Under the pieces are notes generated by a model, which had not been told where the DNA came from, searched no databases, and saw only the letters and a list, made by a program, of their open reading frames with translations. 64,000 nt of DNA from Gammaproteobacteria bacterium (GTDB lineage Bacteria; Pseudomonadota; Gammaproteobacteria; DASZBR01), in assembly GCA_033763845.1 (NCBI GenBank), contig JANRJR010000070.1, positions 9,718-73,717 of the forward strand, written 5' to 3'. This document shows positions 19,646 to 29,768 of the stretch, piece after piece. Within the stretch, counting starts at the first letter, position 1, and the number at the start of each line of letters is the position of its first letter. Made by a program: the position numbers and the translations under genes.

Positions 19646-20608
19646 TTATTTTTTTGTTGGGCAACATCCTGAACTAGGATTACAAATAGATGAATCTTGA
19701 CCTTGCATAGCAGATGTTTGTGACTTATTACTAGAATCATAAAATCCTCGACCCAAAGTAGGTGAAGCCGCACCCTTTTCAGCAACTTGCTTTAATTCTA
19801 AAGTGGGTCGATAAGCTTCAATGACTGCAGAGGCAACATAATTTTCCACACCGCTCGTCGACCAGTCTTTGATAAATGAACGACTCTCCTCTTTCACATC
19901 AATTTTAATATTCTCTAACCCTGCATCTTTTAACGCTTGCTTCAGTTCTTCAATGGGAGTTGCTCCTGCCATACATCCATTATAAAGAGCTAAATCCCTT
20001 TTAATATTTTCAGGCAAAGGGCTCGTCGCTACAAGATCGGAAATAATTAAACGTCCACCCGGTTTTAAAACTCGAGCTGCTTCTTTAAAAACTTGAGGTT
20101 TGTCTGTAGAGAGATTTATTACACAATTTGAAATAATAACGTCAACACTACTATTCTCTACTGGTAAATGTTCAATTTCTCCTAAACGAAACTCAACATT
20201 CTTATATCCACCTTTCTGTGCATTTAAACGTGCTTTGCTGAGCATCTCAGGAGTCATATCAACTCCAATCACTTTACCTGTTCCTTTTAGTTGCCGAGCG
20301 GCTAAAAAACAATCAAAGCCACCACCACTACCTAAATCAAGCACAGTTTCACCTGCTTTTAATCCCGCAATAGCAGTAGGATTACCACACCCCAATCCCA
20401 TATTGGCACCATCAGGAACTGCTGAGATTTCGTTTTCTGAATATCCCAGCTGCGCCGAATAAGCAGCGCCTTTATTTGGCCCAGTACCACAACAACTTTT
20501 TTCCACACCGCAACTATCACCTGCAGTATCGGCAACTGCTACTTTGGCATAAGCCTCACGAACACTGCTTTTGATCTCCACATCTTTCTGTAAATCTGTC
20601 GCTTGCAT
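19646..20608 (-). CDS. arsM: arsenite S-adenosylmethionine methyltransferase
   Basis: SAM-binding motif VLDLGSGGGFDCF. Cys-rich N- and C-termini. Start at the ATG at 20606-20608 after gagggg; the ORF track extends to 20752. Confidence 0.85.
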   Translation of the reverse strand: MQATDLQKDVEIKSSVREAYAKVAVADTAGDSCGVEKSCCGTGPNKGAAYSAQLGYSENEISAVPDGANMGLGCGNPTAIAGLKAGETVLDLGSGGGFDCFLAARQLKGTGKVIGVDMTPEMLSKARLNAQKGGYKNVEFRLGEIEHLPVENSSVDVIISNCVINLSTDKPQVFKEAARVLKPGGRLIISDLVATSPLPENIKRDLALYNGCMAGATPIEELKQALKDAGLENIKIDVKEESRSFIKDWSTSGVENYVASAVIEAYRPTLELKQVAEKGAASPTLGRGFYDSSNKSQTSAMQGQDSSICNPSSGCCPTKK

Positions 20609-20803
20609 AATCTGACCCCTCATAAAATTAAATTGCATTTCAGCAGAAACTTGGGGAAATGTTCGATTTGAGTACATTCTGAACAGCATGTTTTGTTGAA
20701 CTAAATATTTCGGTGTTAATGCTCGAAAGAATTCCCTCATAACAGTCTCCATTGAATTCTAGGCGGCTCAAAATTGAAACTAACCTACAATTTTGAGATT
20801 AAA

Positions 20804-20850
20804 ATCATTATATATGAGAAATCATATATATGTAAAGTCATATATAAATT
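20804..20850. promoter_or_regulatory. three direct repeats (A/G)TCAT(T)ATATA upstream of arsM
   Basis: atcattatatatga, atcatatatatgta and gtcatatataaat in the divergent arsM / traG intergenic region. Confidence 0.3.
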
Positions 20851-21058
20851 TCGTGTCCGCCCGGGGGTCAGTAAGCTTTGTGTTTAGCCAGAATTATTCA
20901 GCTTGTAAGAAAAACATTAATTCAATACAAAAACGTAAATTTTCATATTAAAGTGTCATTAAAAAACTATCATGACAACTTCTTATACTAAAATCAGTTG
21001 CAAATACACCACCATTTAATTCTAATAGTATTTTTTCAGGTATTACGAGGATAATAAA

Positions 21059-22831
21059 ATGATTTCAATACTCACAACTGGTTTAGTCACAATTATAGGC
21101 ATTTTTTACTGCATGCTTATTCTCAGATCCGATTTTAGCTTGAGTGAAACAATCTGGTTAAGACATGCTACAAAAATCATTGCCATTCTCTCTGGATTAA
21201 CTTGTCTCTGGTTCATGCTTCGAACACTCATCGATACCAAATACCTTGCGATTCAGGACGGCATTTACGGTTTTAATTTTCTGCACCTTTTATCTTGTAA
21301 ATTAAAGCAAAGCATTTCTTCAACAATCCCATTTTTTCTAATGGCGATATTTTCAGGCATTTGCGGTCAACTACTGAAGTTAAAAAAAGGTATGCCCAGC
21401 AGAAAAACTAGCGGTAATTTTGGATCTGCTAATTGGGCAGATACATCAGATTTAACTGCATTGGGAGCTTACTCATCAGAAACAGGGCTTTTTATTGGTT
21501 CTGACGATAAAGGTCGAAGCTTATACTTACCACTTTGCAACAAATTAACCATTTCACCACCAGGTGGAGGCAAAACAACCTCATCGACCATCCCTGCACT
21601 TTTATCACACCACGGTCCCGTATTTGTTTTTGATATTAAAGGAGAACTGTGGGCAACAACAGCTAGATATCGTGCTGAAGTGTTAGGAAGACACGTTATT
21701 GTCATTGATCCTTACGGGGTTACAGCAAGCAAAGATTTTATTGAAGGTAAATCTGAAACGTTACGTAAAAAATATCACTTTAACCCGTTCGATTGGGTGC
21801 CAGAATTTCAGGGCGATAGAGATAGAATGATTAATGCGTTTGCCTCGTCTTTCATCATTAATGAAGGTGGTTACTCTACTCACTTTGATGAAAACGCTAA
21901 AATCTTAATCCGTGGATATATTGATTTTATTGTGAGCTCTAAACCAAAAGAAGAACGTACGCTTTCAACACTATACGGTTTAATGTCTGAAGATGTGACA
22001 TCAGCAACTAATACTTTCAATCAAATGCTCACCAGCAGTGGGCGAGCTGAAGCGGCTGCTAATCAAATTAGTCGCGTAGGGAATGACGAAAAAGGCAGCA
22101 TTCTTTCTACCAGTTATCGCCAAATCGATTGGATGAGTGATTACAATATCCAAGCAACGCTATCTCACAGCAATTTTGATTTACGTGATTTCTTAGCGGG
22201 TAATATGGATATTTATATCGTCTTACCTGAGGATCAAATCAAAGAACATAGCCGCTTAGTAAGAATGATGCTTTCTTTATTAATGAGTCTTATTGTGCAA
22301 GCAAATCCCAGTGAATTACCTAAGCAAAAAATATTGTTCTTATTGGATGAATTAGCTCAGCTAGGATACTGCCCCGATGTTGAACAATGTATTGAAGTAT
22401 TACGTTCTCGTGGTGTCGTCATATGGACCGTTTTCCAATCCCTGAATCAGATTGAATTATTTAAAAAACCTGATTTATTTAAAGGCGCCCCTTTAAAACA
22501 AATTTTTACAACTGATGACACTAAAACCATGCAATGGATTCAAGCCATTGGTGGCAAAAAAACTGTTGTCACTCAAACGGTTTCTACCAACAAAGGAACT
22601 TCGAAACAAAGTAATAAAATTATCGCTGGAGGAACATCCTCTCAAGGAGAAAGTGAAAGCGCACATGAAACGGGTGTTGATTTAATCCCCTTAAATGAAA
22701 TTCGGGAATTACCCCGCGATGAACAATTTATTTTTCTGCATGGTGCAAAACCGATTCGATGCAAAAAAGTGCGCTATTTCGAATCCGAAGAATTCAAAGG
22801 TAAGTATGACAAAAACCCTCTTGAAAAATAA
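21059..22831 (+). CDS. traG: type IV coupling protein TraG/VirD4
   Basis: Two N-terminal TM helices. Walker A PPGGGKTT. T4CP-like length. Confidence 0.9.
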   Translation: MISILTTGLVTIIGIFYCMLILRSDFSLSETIWLRHATKIIAILSGLTCLWFMLRTLIDTKYLAIQDGIYGFNFLHLLSCKLKQSISSTIPFFLMAIFSGICGQLLKLKKGMPSRKTSGNFGSANWADTSDLTALGAYSSETGLFIGSDDKGRSLYLPLCNKLTISPPGGGKTTSSTIPALLSHHGPVFVFDIKGELWATTARYRAEVLGRHVIVIDPYGVTASKDFIEGKSETLRKKYHFNPFDWVPEFQGDRDRMINAFASSFIINEGGYSTHFDENAKILIRGYIDFIVSSKPKEERTLSTLYGLMSEDVTSATNTFNQMLTSSGRAEAAANQISRVGNDEKGSILSTSYRQIDWMSDYNIQATLSHSNFDLRDFLAGNMDIYIVLPEDQIKEHSRLVRMMLSLLMSLIVQANPSELPKQKILFLLDELAQLGYCPDVEQCIEVLRSRGVVIWTVFQSLNQIELFKKPDLFKGAPLKQIFTTDDTKTMQWIQAIGGKKTVVTQTVSTNKGTSKQSNKIIAGGTSSQGESESAHETGVDLIPLNEIRELPRDEQFIFLHGAKPIRCKKVRYFESEEFKGKYDKNPLEK

Positions 22832-22857
22832 GAATTCAGATACAGATAGAACCTGCT

Positions 22858-23214
22858 TCACAAAGATAAAACTTGTCTGAGTGCATCATCTAACATATGA
22901 AGGTCAGCAGGAGATAACGCACCTGCTGGAAAAGTGTGCGGAGTTTGAATCGAATTAGGAGTAAGTAAACGACTTTTATCCACTGTTCTAATCTGATCGC
23001 AAACGGCGACAGCGTTTATTCCCAAACTATTAACGGGAACTACGATAGGCGGATTTACATTTTTAGTAACACTTGATAAGGGGACAACTACCACCGTACG
23101 CCTTGCCTTATTTATAGGTGTCGCACTCACTATTACACATGGACGTATTTTTTTTATTTCCGAACCAATTGTTGGCTCAAGATTAACCAAATAAATATCA
23201 CCCCTCTTCATCAT
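22858..23214 (-). CDS. PemK/MazF-family toxin
   Basis: MKRGDIYLVNLEPTIGSEIKKIRPCVIVS is the PemK signature. Confidence 0.85.
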   Translation of the reverse strand: MMKRGDIYLVNLEPTIGSEIKKIRPCVIVSATPINKARRTVVVVPLSSVTKNVNPPIVVPVNSLGINAVAVCDQIRTVDKSRLLTPNSIQTPHTFPAGALSPADLHMLDDALRQVLSL

Positions 23215-23431
23215 TTAGCCCATCCTTCAGTGTCACGTCCCATTCATCCATTTCCTTGTTCAAGGCCACATCTTTTTCTACGGCAAGTGCGCACTTGTAT
23301 AAAGCTTCTTCTCGCCTTTCTATCTCTTCTTCTATTAAATGAGAAATCACCTTGCTACGCTGACGCTCTGGCACATAGTGCCTAAATTTCTCTGCTAAAG
23401 CATTCGGCACTGAAATAAGTAATCGTTCCAT
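23198..23431 (-). CDS. ribbon-helix-helix (CopG-like) antitoxin
   Basis: RLLISVPNALAEKF...QRSKVISHLI RHH motif. Overlaps the toxin start by 17 nt. Confidence 0.7.
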   Translation of the reverse strand: MERLLISVPNALAEKFRHYVPERQRSKVISHLIEEEIERREEALYKCALAVEKDVALNKEMDEWDVTLKDGLNDEEG

Positions 23432-23610
23432 ATCTTGCCCCCCTCTAGGACTTAAGCAAAATTATACTACACTGTATATAGATGATCAATATATATAATA
23501 TACATTTCCGACTCTTCCCTGCCACGATGAAGCCGTTAACTAGGCCGATATCCGCATGTGCTATACTATTTATGGTTAAAAATAAAGAAGTATCCTAGAG
23601 GGTAAAAATT

Positions 23611-24603
23611 ATGGACGTCAAACAAGAAGTTATCCCTGAAAGCTTTGGTTTTTTCGGCGTTACTACCCATGCTCAAAAAAAGGCTGTTAAAAGATTATTT
23701 CCCCTACTCAAAGAGATTCAAAATAATAACGAAAAATTTTGCCGTCTAGTTCTCTTGTGGAATGAACTTTCAAAGAGAAAATATGAATCTGAAAGAAAAT
23801 ATGAGCTCCTCTATAAAATTATATGTTTTACAAACCTCATTTTAAGTTTAACGCCCTCTTTAGAACAAGAGGATGAAGCCAGCTTAATTAAAGACTGCGA
23901 CGATAATACCGCAATGAATACACTTAAACCTAAACAACAATTTGCTGTTTTTATCACCATTAGGAATATTGCTGCACATTGGGCTCATATTTTTTATGAA
24001 CCCGATATCGCAGATTTTGTTGAGGAATTTTTAAAGATAGCTGAAAAAGGCATTTGCTGTCCTAACTTTATATTAAAACTTCAACAAATTGGTGATGAAT
24101 CTACCGCAAGCTCCGGCCCGGAGGGATTACCCACTTATTTGAAAGCAGGTACTCCCGAAGAAATAAAGGGAAAAATAAACAAGTTATTTTGCCAAACCGC
24201 CTACTTCCTTAAGAAGGCAGAGTTCTTTCTCGAAGCTAATGATCTTCACAGCGCTTGTTTTGCTCTTATTGCAGCTGGAAATTGCGGCAGGGATTTTAAT
24301 CGCTCAAAAATGAACCCTAAGACAAAGGGATCCATTATGGCGAGGCTGAATGCAATCAGAAATGAAATAGCCCATATTTATGAAAATGAAAGTTTTGAAC
24401 AAGAAGCGTATAATGCTGTTACACGAAGCAGAAATGAGGTGAGAATTATATTAGATACGTTAAAAGATGAAGCCGCTAACTTGGCTTTAGAATATGACAT
24501 TGATACCTACTTTAATAGTACAGAACAACTGATGGATGGAAGTGATTCATCTCCAAGACCTTATGAAGCGGAAAGATTAAATATATTCGAGGGTAAGCTA
24601 TGA
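23611..24603 (+). CDS. hypothetical protein
   Basis: 330-aa ORF. Translationally coupled (ATGA) to the next ORF. Confidence 0.5.
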   Translation: MDVKQEVIPESFGFFGVTTHAQKKAVKRLFPLLKEIQNNNEKFCRLVLLWNELSKRKYESERKYELLYKIICFTNLILSLTPSLEQEDEASLIKDCDDNTAMNTLKPKQQFAVFITIRNIAAHWAHIFYEPDIADFVEEFLKIAEKGICCPNFILKLQQIGDESTASSGPEGLPTYLKAGTPEEIKGKINKLFCQTAYFLKKAEFFLEANDLHSACFALIAAGNCGRDFNRSKMNPKTKGSIMARLNAIRNEIAHIYENESFEQEAYNAVTRSRNEVRIILDTLKDEAANLALEYDIDTYFNSTEQLMDGSDSSPRPYEAERLNIFEGKL

Positions 24604-25286
24604 ATGAAGAAATAAACAATATTAGAGATTTTATTAAACATCTTTGCCAAGAAGAGGTTGTTTCATTTTTAGAAAAAACATCATTGGAAAAAGCCGGTGG
24701 CAAAATTTTCCTTGTATTTCCTCAATTATCTTACCGACAAAAAGATTTACATTTTTATGTGGAAGATAGTAAAAAATTAAGCCTTCTTGAAGGAGCCGAG
24801 GTGACATGTACCATACAAGACAAGCTTGGTTACGATTTCACTTCAGATGATATTGGTAATAAAATTGAAGTAACTTTCCAAAGCAGACTTAGAAAAGATG
24901 GAGACAAAACAGCATTCCTTGATCGCGTTCCTTTAACCGTCCAAGCACTTAAGGACAAAAGTATTGAGCAATTTCTTGCCCGCAACTACCCATACACCCT
25001 TTCTGCAGTACAACCAAGAACTACAGAAAGAAAAAACAGTGATGAAGAAAACGTAGAGCAAACTGAAAAATTCGCGGCTTTGCGCCACGATTTGCAGAAA
25101 GCTGCTGAAACTGGGATAGAGGCTTTACAAAAGATTAATCAAAAATGTCGCTCAGAAAACCCCAGGGAGCGTCAGTTTAGTCAGACTGAAATCGTAGCCC
25201 TTAAGGAATCTTTAAACGATGCTTTAAAACTATTAGAGGGTATTTCTACGCCTTCTTCACAGCTGAATTCTACAAAGAGAAAATAA
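24600..25286 (+). CDS. hypothetical protein
   Basis: 228-aa ORF. Confidence 0.5.
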   Translation: MNEEINNIRDFIKHLCQEEVVSFLEKTSLEKAGGKIFLVFPQLSYRQKDLHFYVEDSKKLSLLEGAEVTCTIQDKLGYDFTSDDIGNKIEVTFQSRLRKDGDKTAFLDRVPLTVQALKDKSIEQFLARNYPYTLSAVQPRTTERKNSDEENVEQTEKFAALRHDLQKAAETGIEALQKINQKCRSENPRERQFSQTEIVALKESLNDALKLLEGISTPSSQLNSTKRK

Positions 25287-25358
25287 ATATTTTTCTAGCT
25301 ATTTTTTACTTCCTCTAGTATGGCAGAATAAATTGTTATCATTTGATTAGCACGTGCA

Positions 25359-28196
25359 TCAATAATGCCTTACTTGATTTACTCCCTTTTTATTTACTAA
25401 ATTACGGGCAAGATTTTCTGATTTAGACCTAATCAGTGTGATTAAAATATTTATATCTTGTTGGGTATACTCCTTTTTATTCAGCCGCTCTTGAATGGCT
25501 TTAAACCCTCCGACCTCATATATTTTAATGACACTGAATCTGTTGTTTTCAATTTCACCCCCCATTTCCGAACGACCCATCAATTCTTCAGAAAATTTCT
25601 GCATATTAAGGCTATTCTCCACAGCTAATACGGAATAATGCCGACTTTCCTCTAACGAACGACAACGAGCAGCATGCGACATACTTACGAGTTCAGCCTG
25701 TTTAATTTCTAACTCAACGTATTGCTTTAATAAGTCTGGGAGAGATGGCGGTTTATCAATTTGATGGCTGTTCTCAGCTAGACACAATTTATTGTTTTGA
25801 ATAAATTTGGTTTTGATTTTTTCCCGTACCTGCTTAAGCTTTTCACTTATAAGGGCGGGTAATTTTTGCAAAAACCCTTCGTTATTAATTCCACGCCGCT
25901 CACAAAATGCCAATGGGTAATCCAATACACTGTCTTTTCTGGGCTTCCTGCTCACATTATTTTTTAAAGCTTCGATATTTCGGTGAGTCTGTTTATTTGC
26001 ATACACATGACAACTTTCTCGATGACGACTCATGGCCACATAAGCTAAATATTGATTCCACCATCTTCCTCCCAAATAAACAAAGCTATGATTGAAGGTA
26101 GCGCCTTGCGACTTATGAACAGTCGCAGCATACCCATAGGTAAAATCTCGATAAATGCTTGGGTTAATTACAATCTGTTTGGTGGGCTCATCGTCGAGTA
26201 CTACTGTAAAGGATAAAACTTTGCCTGTTTCACTCAATCGGATATTTTTAATTTCTCCAAAATGCCCATTGCTGACATCAATTTCTTTATCATTGAGAAG
26301 AAATAATATTCTGTCACCTGAACTGATATGAATTTCACCTCGACTAGAATTTACGGTATACCCTTTAGTAATTTCGTTTTGTTCGATGCGCTTTTGGCGA
26401 AGCATCATATTTAATTCCTTCACATCTTTGTTGCGATGTGCCATCACCAAATAGTCTTTTAAATCTTGTGGTTTAAGGCGGTTTTTTAATTTACGTAAAC
26501 CATCCCAATCATCCACCAACTTTTGCTTTGCGCTATAGTCATCTGATCTGAAATTAATAAACCCATTTTGGTAATAACGATTAACAGCCTCTCGGGTATA
26601 ACCTTTGGAAAATTCTTTTGTAGCTTCTCTCTGCCATTCTTCATTCTGGCGATACACATGTTGAAGCACTTCATGTTTTAAGTGCAATCGCTCCAACACT
26701 GCACGTAATGGACTGCCCGGGCCAACAGGTTGAAGCTGAGCAAGATCTCCAACTACGGCAAGCTTTGCGTTGGTCTTGTTCACAATCGTTAAAACAGATT
26801 CCATAGCAATACAGTCAGTCATGCCAGCTTCATCCATCACAATAACATCTCGAGACGTTAAAGTAATGATTCCGTTCTCCACACAAAACCGAAAAGACTC
26901 TATTGTGCGACTGGGAATACCCGCTTCTTTTTGTAATGTTCGAGCAGCTTTTCCAGTAGGTGCTATGCCATACACATTTAAGCCTTTCGCTTTCCAAACT
27001 GCATTTGCCGCTCCCAACGTAAAACTTTTACCCGTGCCCGCTTTACCGAGCACACACGCGATTGCCGTTTTAGATACCAGATGTTCAACTGCAGTTCGCT
27101 GCTCGCTGGTTAGCCGTTTTCCAATTTTTACCTGATATCTTTCAATGGCTTTATCAATTTTATGTTTTGCAATTCGAATATGATTGCGTTTCTGGAGTTT
27201 CTCTGTAGTGGCCTGGATGTTATTTTCAATATCGAACATTCGTCGTGTTGTATATCGCTCTTGGCCATCTTCTCCAACTCCTAAAGAAATTAACGCTTTA
27301 GATTTTTTAATGCTCTCCATCGCTGAATAAAATTCCGCATCATCATCTACATACGCTAAAAGCGCTTTGGCTAAATCTTTTTCACGAAAAACAGATTCAT
27401 GATGCTCAATCGTTTGAAAAATCTTCCTAGCCAACAGCTCAGGTTTTTGCAAAATCCGTTTTAAATTTTCTTTTTTGATTTCTTGATATTCAGCTTTACG
27501 ATCTGAAAGCTTTTCCCGTTTTTCAATTTCTTCACTGGCATGCCCTCGGTGAATACTGGGAATTAAATCAATGCCTTGGTCTTTGTAGGAGCGATGATCA
27601 ATACGCACGTTATGTTGATGAAGTTTTAAATGAAAGTTCGCATATTCAGCCCATTTTTCTCGCCACACATAAAGCAAAGATTTATCATTCCATTCAGAAA
27701 CTTTTTTTCCGAAACCCGATTGGACTAATTCCCGCGTTGTAAGCATCACATGCACATGAGGATTTCCTTTATCCCAATGTATACTCCAATCCGCGATCAT
27801 TCCTCTCTCAGAAAATTGGTTCTGAATAAATTCTCTTGCAAGACAAACACTTTGTTCTTCATTCAACTCAATTGGCAAAGAAAATTCTACTTCTCTAGCT
27901 AGACGCGCATCAATTCGCTCTTCAGATTTCTCCACAAGATTCCATAAATGTTGTGATGCAACATTACTCGATTTAAGAGATTCTTGCTGAAGTACATCTA
28001 AATTTTTTACCCATTGAGGAGAGTTAGCAGGAATAGTAATTTCTGAATGAACCACGTCCGGTTTATTTTCATAATTCCAGGTACGATTACATTGTTCATC
28101 AAAAATTTTGGTGGCGCGACGGTACGCGATAGATGCAACAGCATTTCTGCCCTTGCCCCGGGAAATAATTTTTACATTAAAATGATATATTGCCAT
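25359..28196 (-). CDS. traA: conjugative relaxase with MobA/MobL N-terminus and AAA_30/UvrD-like helicase C-terminus (TraA-like)
   Basis: N-terminus MAIYHFNVKIISRGKGRNAVASIAYR is the MobA/MobL signature. Walker A VLGKAGTGKSF in the C-terminal half. Confidence 0.9.
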   Translation of the reverse strand: MAIYHFNVKIISRGKGRNAVASIAYRRATKIFDEQCNRTWNYENKPDVVHSEITIPANSPQWVKNLDVLQQESLKSSNVASQHLWNLVEKSEERIDARLAREVEFSLPIELNEEQSVCLAREFIQNQFSERGMIADWSIHWDKGNPHVHVMLTTRELVQSGFGKKVSEWNDKSLLYVWREKWAEYANFHLKLHQHNVRIDHRSYKDQGIDLIPSIHRGHASEEIEKREKLSDRKAEYQEIKKENLKRILQKPELLARKIFQTIEHHESVFREKDLAKALLAYVDDDAEFYSAMESIKKSKALISLGVGEDGQERYTTRRMFDIENNIQATTEKLQKRNHIRIAKHKIDKAIERYQVKIGKRLTSEQRTAVEHLVSKTAIACVLGKAGTGKSFTLGAANAVWKAKGLNVYGIAPTGKAARTLQKEAGIPSRTIESFRFCVENGIITLTSRDVIVMDEAGMTDCIAMESVLTIVNKTNAKLAVVGDLAQLQPVGPGSPLRAVLERLHLKHEVLQHVYRQNEEWQREATKEFSKGYTREAVNRYYQNGFINFRSDDYSAKQKLVDDWDGLRKLKNRLKPQDLKDYLVMAHRNKDVKELNMMLRQKRIEQNEITKGYTVNSSRGEIHISSGDRILFLLNDKEIDVSNGHFGEIKNIRLSETGKVLSFTVVLDDEPTKQIVINPSIYRDFTYGYAATVHKSQGATFNHSFVYLGGRWWNQYLAYVAMSRHRESCHVYANKQTHRNIEALKNNVSRKPRKDSVLDYPLAFCERRGINNEGFLQKLPALISEKLKQVREKIKTKFIQNNKLCLAENSHQIDKPPSLPDLLKQYVELEIKQAELVSMSHAARCRSLEESRHYSVLAVENSLNMQKFSEELMGRSEMGGEIENNRFSVIKIYEVGGFKAIQERLNKKEYTQQDINILITLIRSKSENLARNLVNKKGVNQVRHY

Positions 28197-28238
28197 GATC
28201 AATCTCAAATTAATTATTATTCAATCTCTAAGCACAAT

Positions 28239-28259
28239 GTTGTCTGCATAGCAGGCAAC
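28239..28259. promoter_or_regulatory. candidate oriT-region inverted repeat
   Basis: gttgtctgc-ata-gcaggcaac (9-bp arms, one mismatch) in the 185-bp divergent region between the relaxase and the traC-like gene. Confidence 0.25.
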
Positions 28260-28381
28260 ATGTAAGTGCGCCTTTGGACGGTATGTGATTTTTTGAAAAG
28301 TATATGAAACTGCTTGTAAGAAAGAAAATACTTTCGTATTGTTTTGAATGAGTGATGTAAACGTTAATAATTTAAGAGGAA

Positions 28382-28660
28382 ATGACTATGACTGATTATC
28401 ATAAAAAGCTGACCATAATACAGAAACAACGTCAAAAACTTATTGAAACCGAAAAAGTTTTAATCGAAAAACGCAAAAAAGAAATTTCAGATCTTGCCGA
28501 AAAATTTAATCTTTTAACTGTCGACGATAAAATTTTAATTAATTTCTTTGCTTACTTTAAAGAGCACCATCATGAACCTCCCCCAAAAACTCCGCACAAC
28601 TCAAGCAAGCATCCATCGTCTCAACCTGAAATATGCGAGACTGAGAATGCAAGAACGTAA
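28382..28660 (+). CDS. TraC-like small Dtr accessory protein (tentative)
   Basis: Small basic coiled-coil ORF divergent from the relaxase, in the Ti-like position traA | oriT | traC traD. Confidence 0.35.
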   Translation: MTMTDYHKKLTIIQKQRQKLIETEKVLIEKRKKEISDLAEKFNLLTVDDKILINFFAYFKEHHHEPPPKTPHNSSKHPSSQPEICETENART

Positions 28661-28871
28661 ACAAGACACGCGGCAAAAAATTCAGTGGGGCGGGTTAATT
28701 AAAAAGGCCGGGCTTCATGAAGAACCTCCACCAGTTTTATTGGGATTGCTGATTGAGGCAAAAGAAAATCTTGAAAGTAAATCGGGTGAAAAATTTCGGG
28801 GGGAGTATCGATTGAAAGGCGATATTGTTTTTACATGTGAAAGGTCAGGGGCGAGCAAAGACCACCCCTGA
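28572..28871 (+). CDS. TraD-like conjugal transfer protein (tentative start)
   Basis: ARLRMQERKQDTRQKIQWGGLIKKAGL resembles the Ti-plasmid TraD core (RERKQDTR.KI.LGGL..KAGL). Overlaps the preceding ORF in another frame. Start could be 28548, 28572 or 28647. Confidence 0.5.
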   Translation: MNLPQKLRTTQASIHRLNLKYARLRMQERKQDTRQKIQWGGLIKKAGLHEEPPPVLLGLLIEAKENLESKSGEKFRGEYRLKGDIVFTCERSGASKDHP

Positions 28872-28883
28872 TTCTCTACTACT

Positions 28884-29405
28884 CTACAAACATGAGAACA
28901 CACGAATCTTACCGTCAACCTCAATATCTAGGTAATCACTAATAAATAAGTCTTCCGCAAAAGATTCATAATCAAAGTAATTACGAATATAATTGGGTAA
29001 TTTCGCTAACTTAGCATCAATCAACTGAGCTGCAAACTCAACTTTACTGCGATATTCACCGTGATAATTTTCTTCGATCGCTAGTCTAGCATCATCAACA
29101 TCACCACCGTAATACTCGGTAAGTGCTGCTCCAAGCTTACCATGCTCTTTTAAAAATTCAGCAATCTCAACGACTTTTTCAAAATCCATAGATTCACTTA
29201 TATGAATACTAAAGAAATTTTGATAGTCATGTATCGCCCATTCTTCTGCAAATGGCATTCGATTTTTTTTGAGCATTGCGTTTACCTCAGCCCAAATATG
29301 ATCAACGCCTAACGTTACATCAATCCAGACTCCATACAATCTGCCATTGTTATACAGCTCAAGACATGCCACATAAATGGATGGATTTTCCTCAATGTTA
29401 CCCAT
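28884..29405 (-). CDS. ardA: antirestriction protein ArdA
   Basis: IYVACLELYNNGRLYGVWIDV...AEEWAIHDYQNF matches the ArdA N-terminal signature as I recall it. Acidic C-terminal half. Confidence 0.7.
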   Translation of the reverse strand: MGNIEENPSIYVACLELYNNGRLYGVWIDVTLGVDHIWAEVNAMLKKNRMPFAEEWAIHDYQNFFSIHISESMDFEKVVEIAEFLKEHGKLGAALTEYYGGDVDDARLAIEENYHGEYRSKVEFAAQLIDAKLAKLPNYIRNYFDYESFAEDLFISDYLDIEVDGKIRVFSCL

Positions 29406-29768
29406 ATGAACTCTCCTTTTAGAGTTTAAAAAACACCATTCGGCATAATTAAAACCGTGAGCGCTGATGGCCTGCCGTCAAGGTGGAGCGCAGGCGAAAC
29501 GTATGCGGAGCCGAGCAATACCTCATATGATTTATTTATCATTTACTTTTTGAAGTAGGTGATAATTCCAGGGACGCTTGGAACGGAGAGAGAATAGATG
29601 CCGAGAGCAGTACTGATCTTTTTAAGATCGTCGTCAAGATGAGGCAGCTCTTTCCATTTTATTTCGCAAATCGAACGGTATCGTAGGCCGCTATAACAGA
29701 TGAGCCTGTATGCATGAGGTTGATTAGAAATAAATCCCAAGTACCACTGAAGCTAAAGGAGAGAACTT

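Noticed and set aside
26770-27135. 121-aa plus-strand ORF inside the relaxase gene, and similar embedded ORFs (598-786, 1156-1347, 4460-4708, 5421-5642, 14835-15227, 19059-19331, 20100-20462, 21469-21705, 53845-54278, 60269-60640, 61766-62017)
   Set aside because: All are nested antisense or out of frame within strongly supported genes and lack motifs. Treated as spurious ORF-track calls.
29543-29740. 65-aa ORF upstream of the IS110 transposase
   Set aside because: Antisense to the IS non-coding end. No RBS and no motif. More likely the IS regulatory or ncRNA region.
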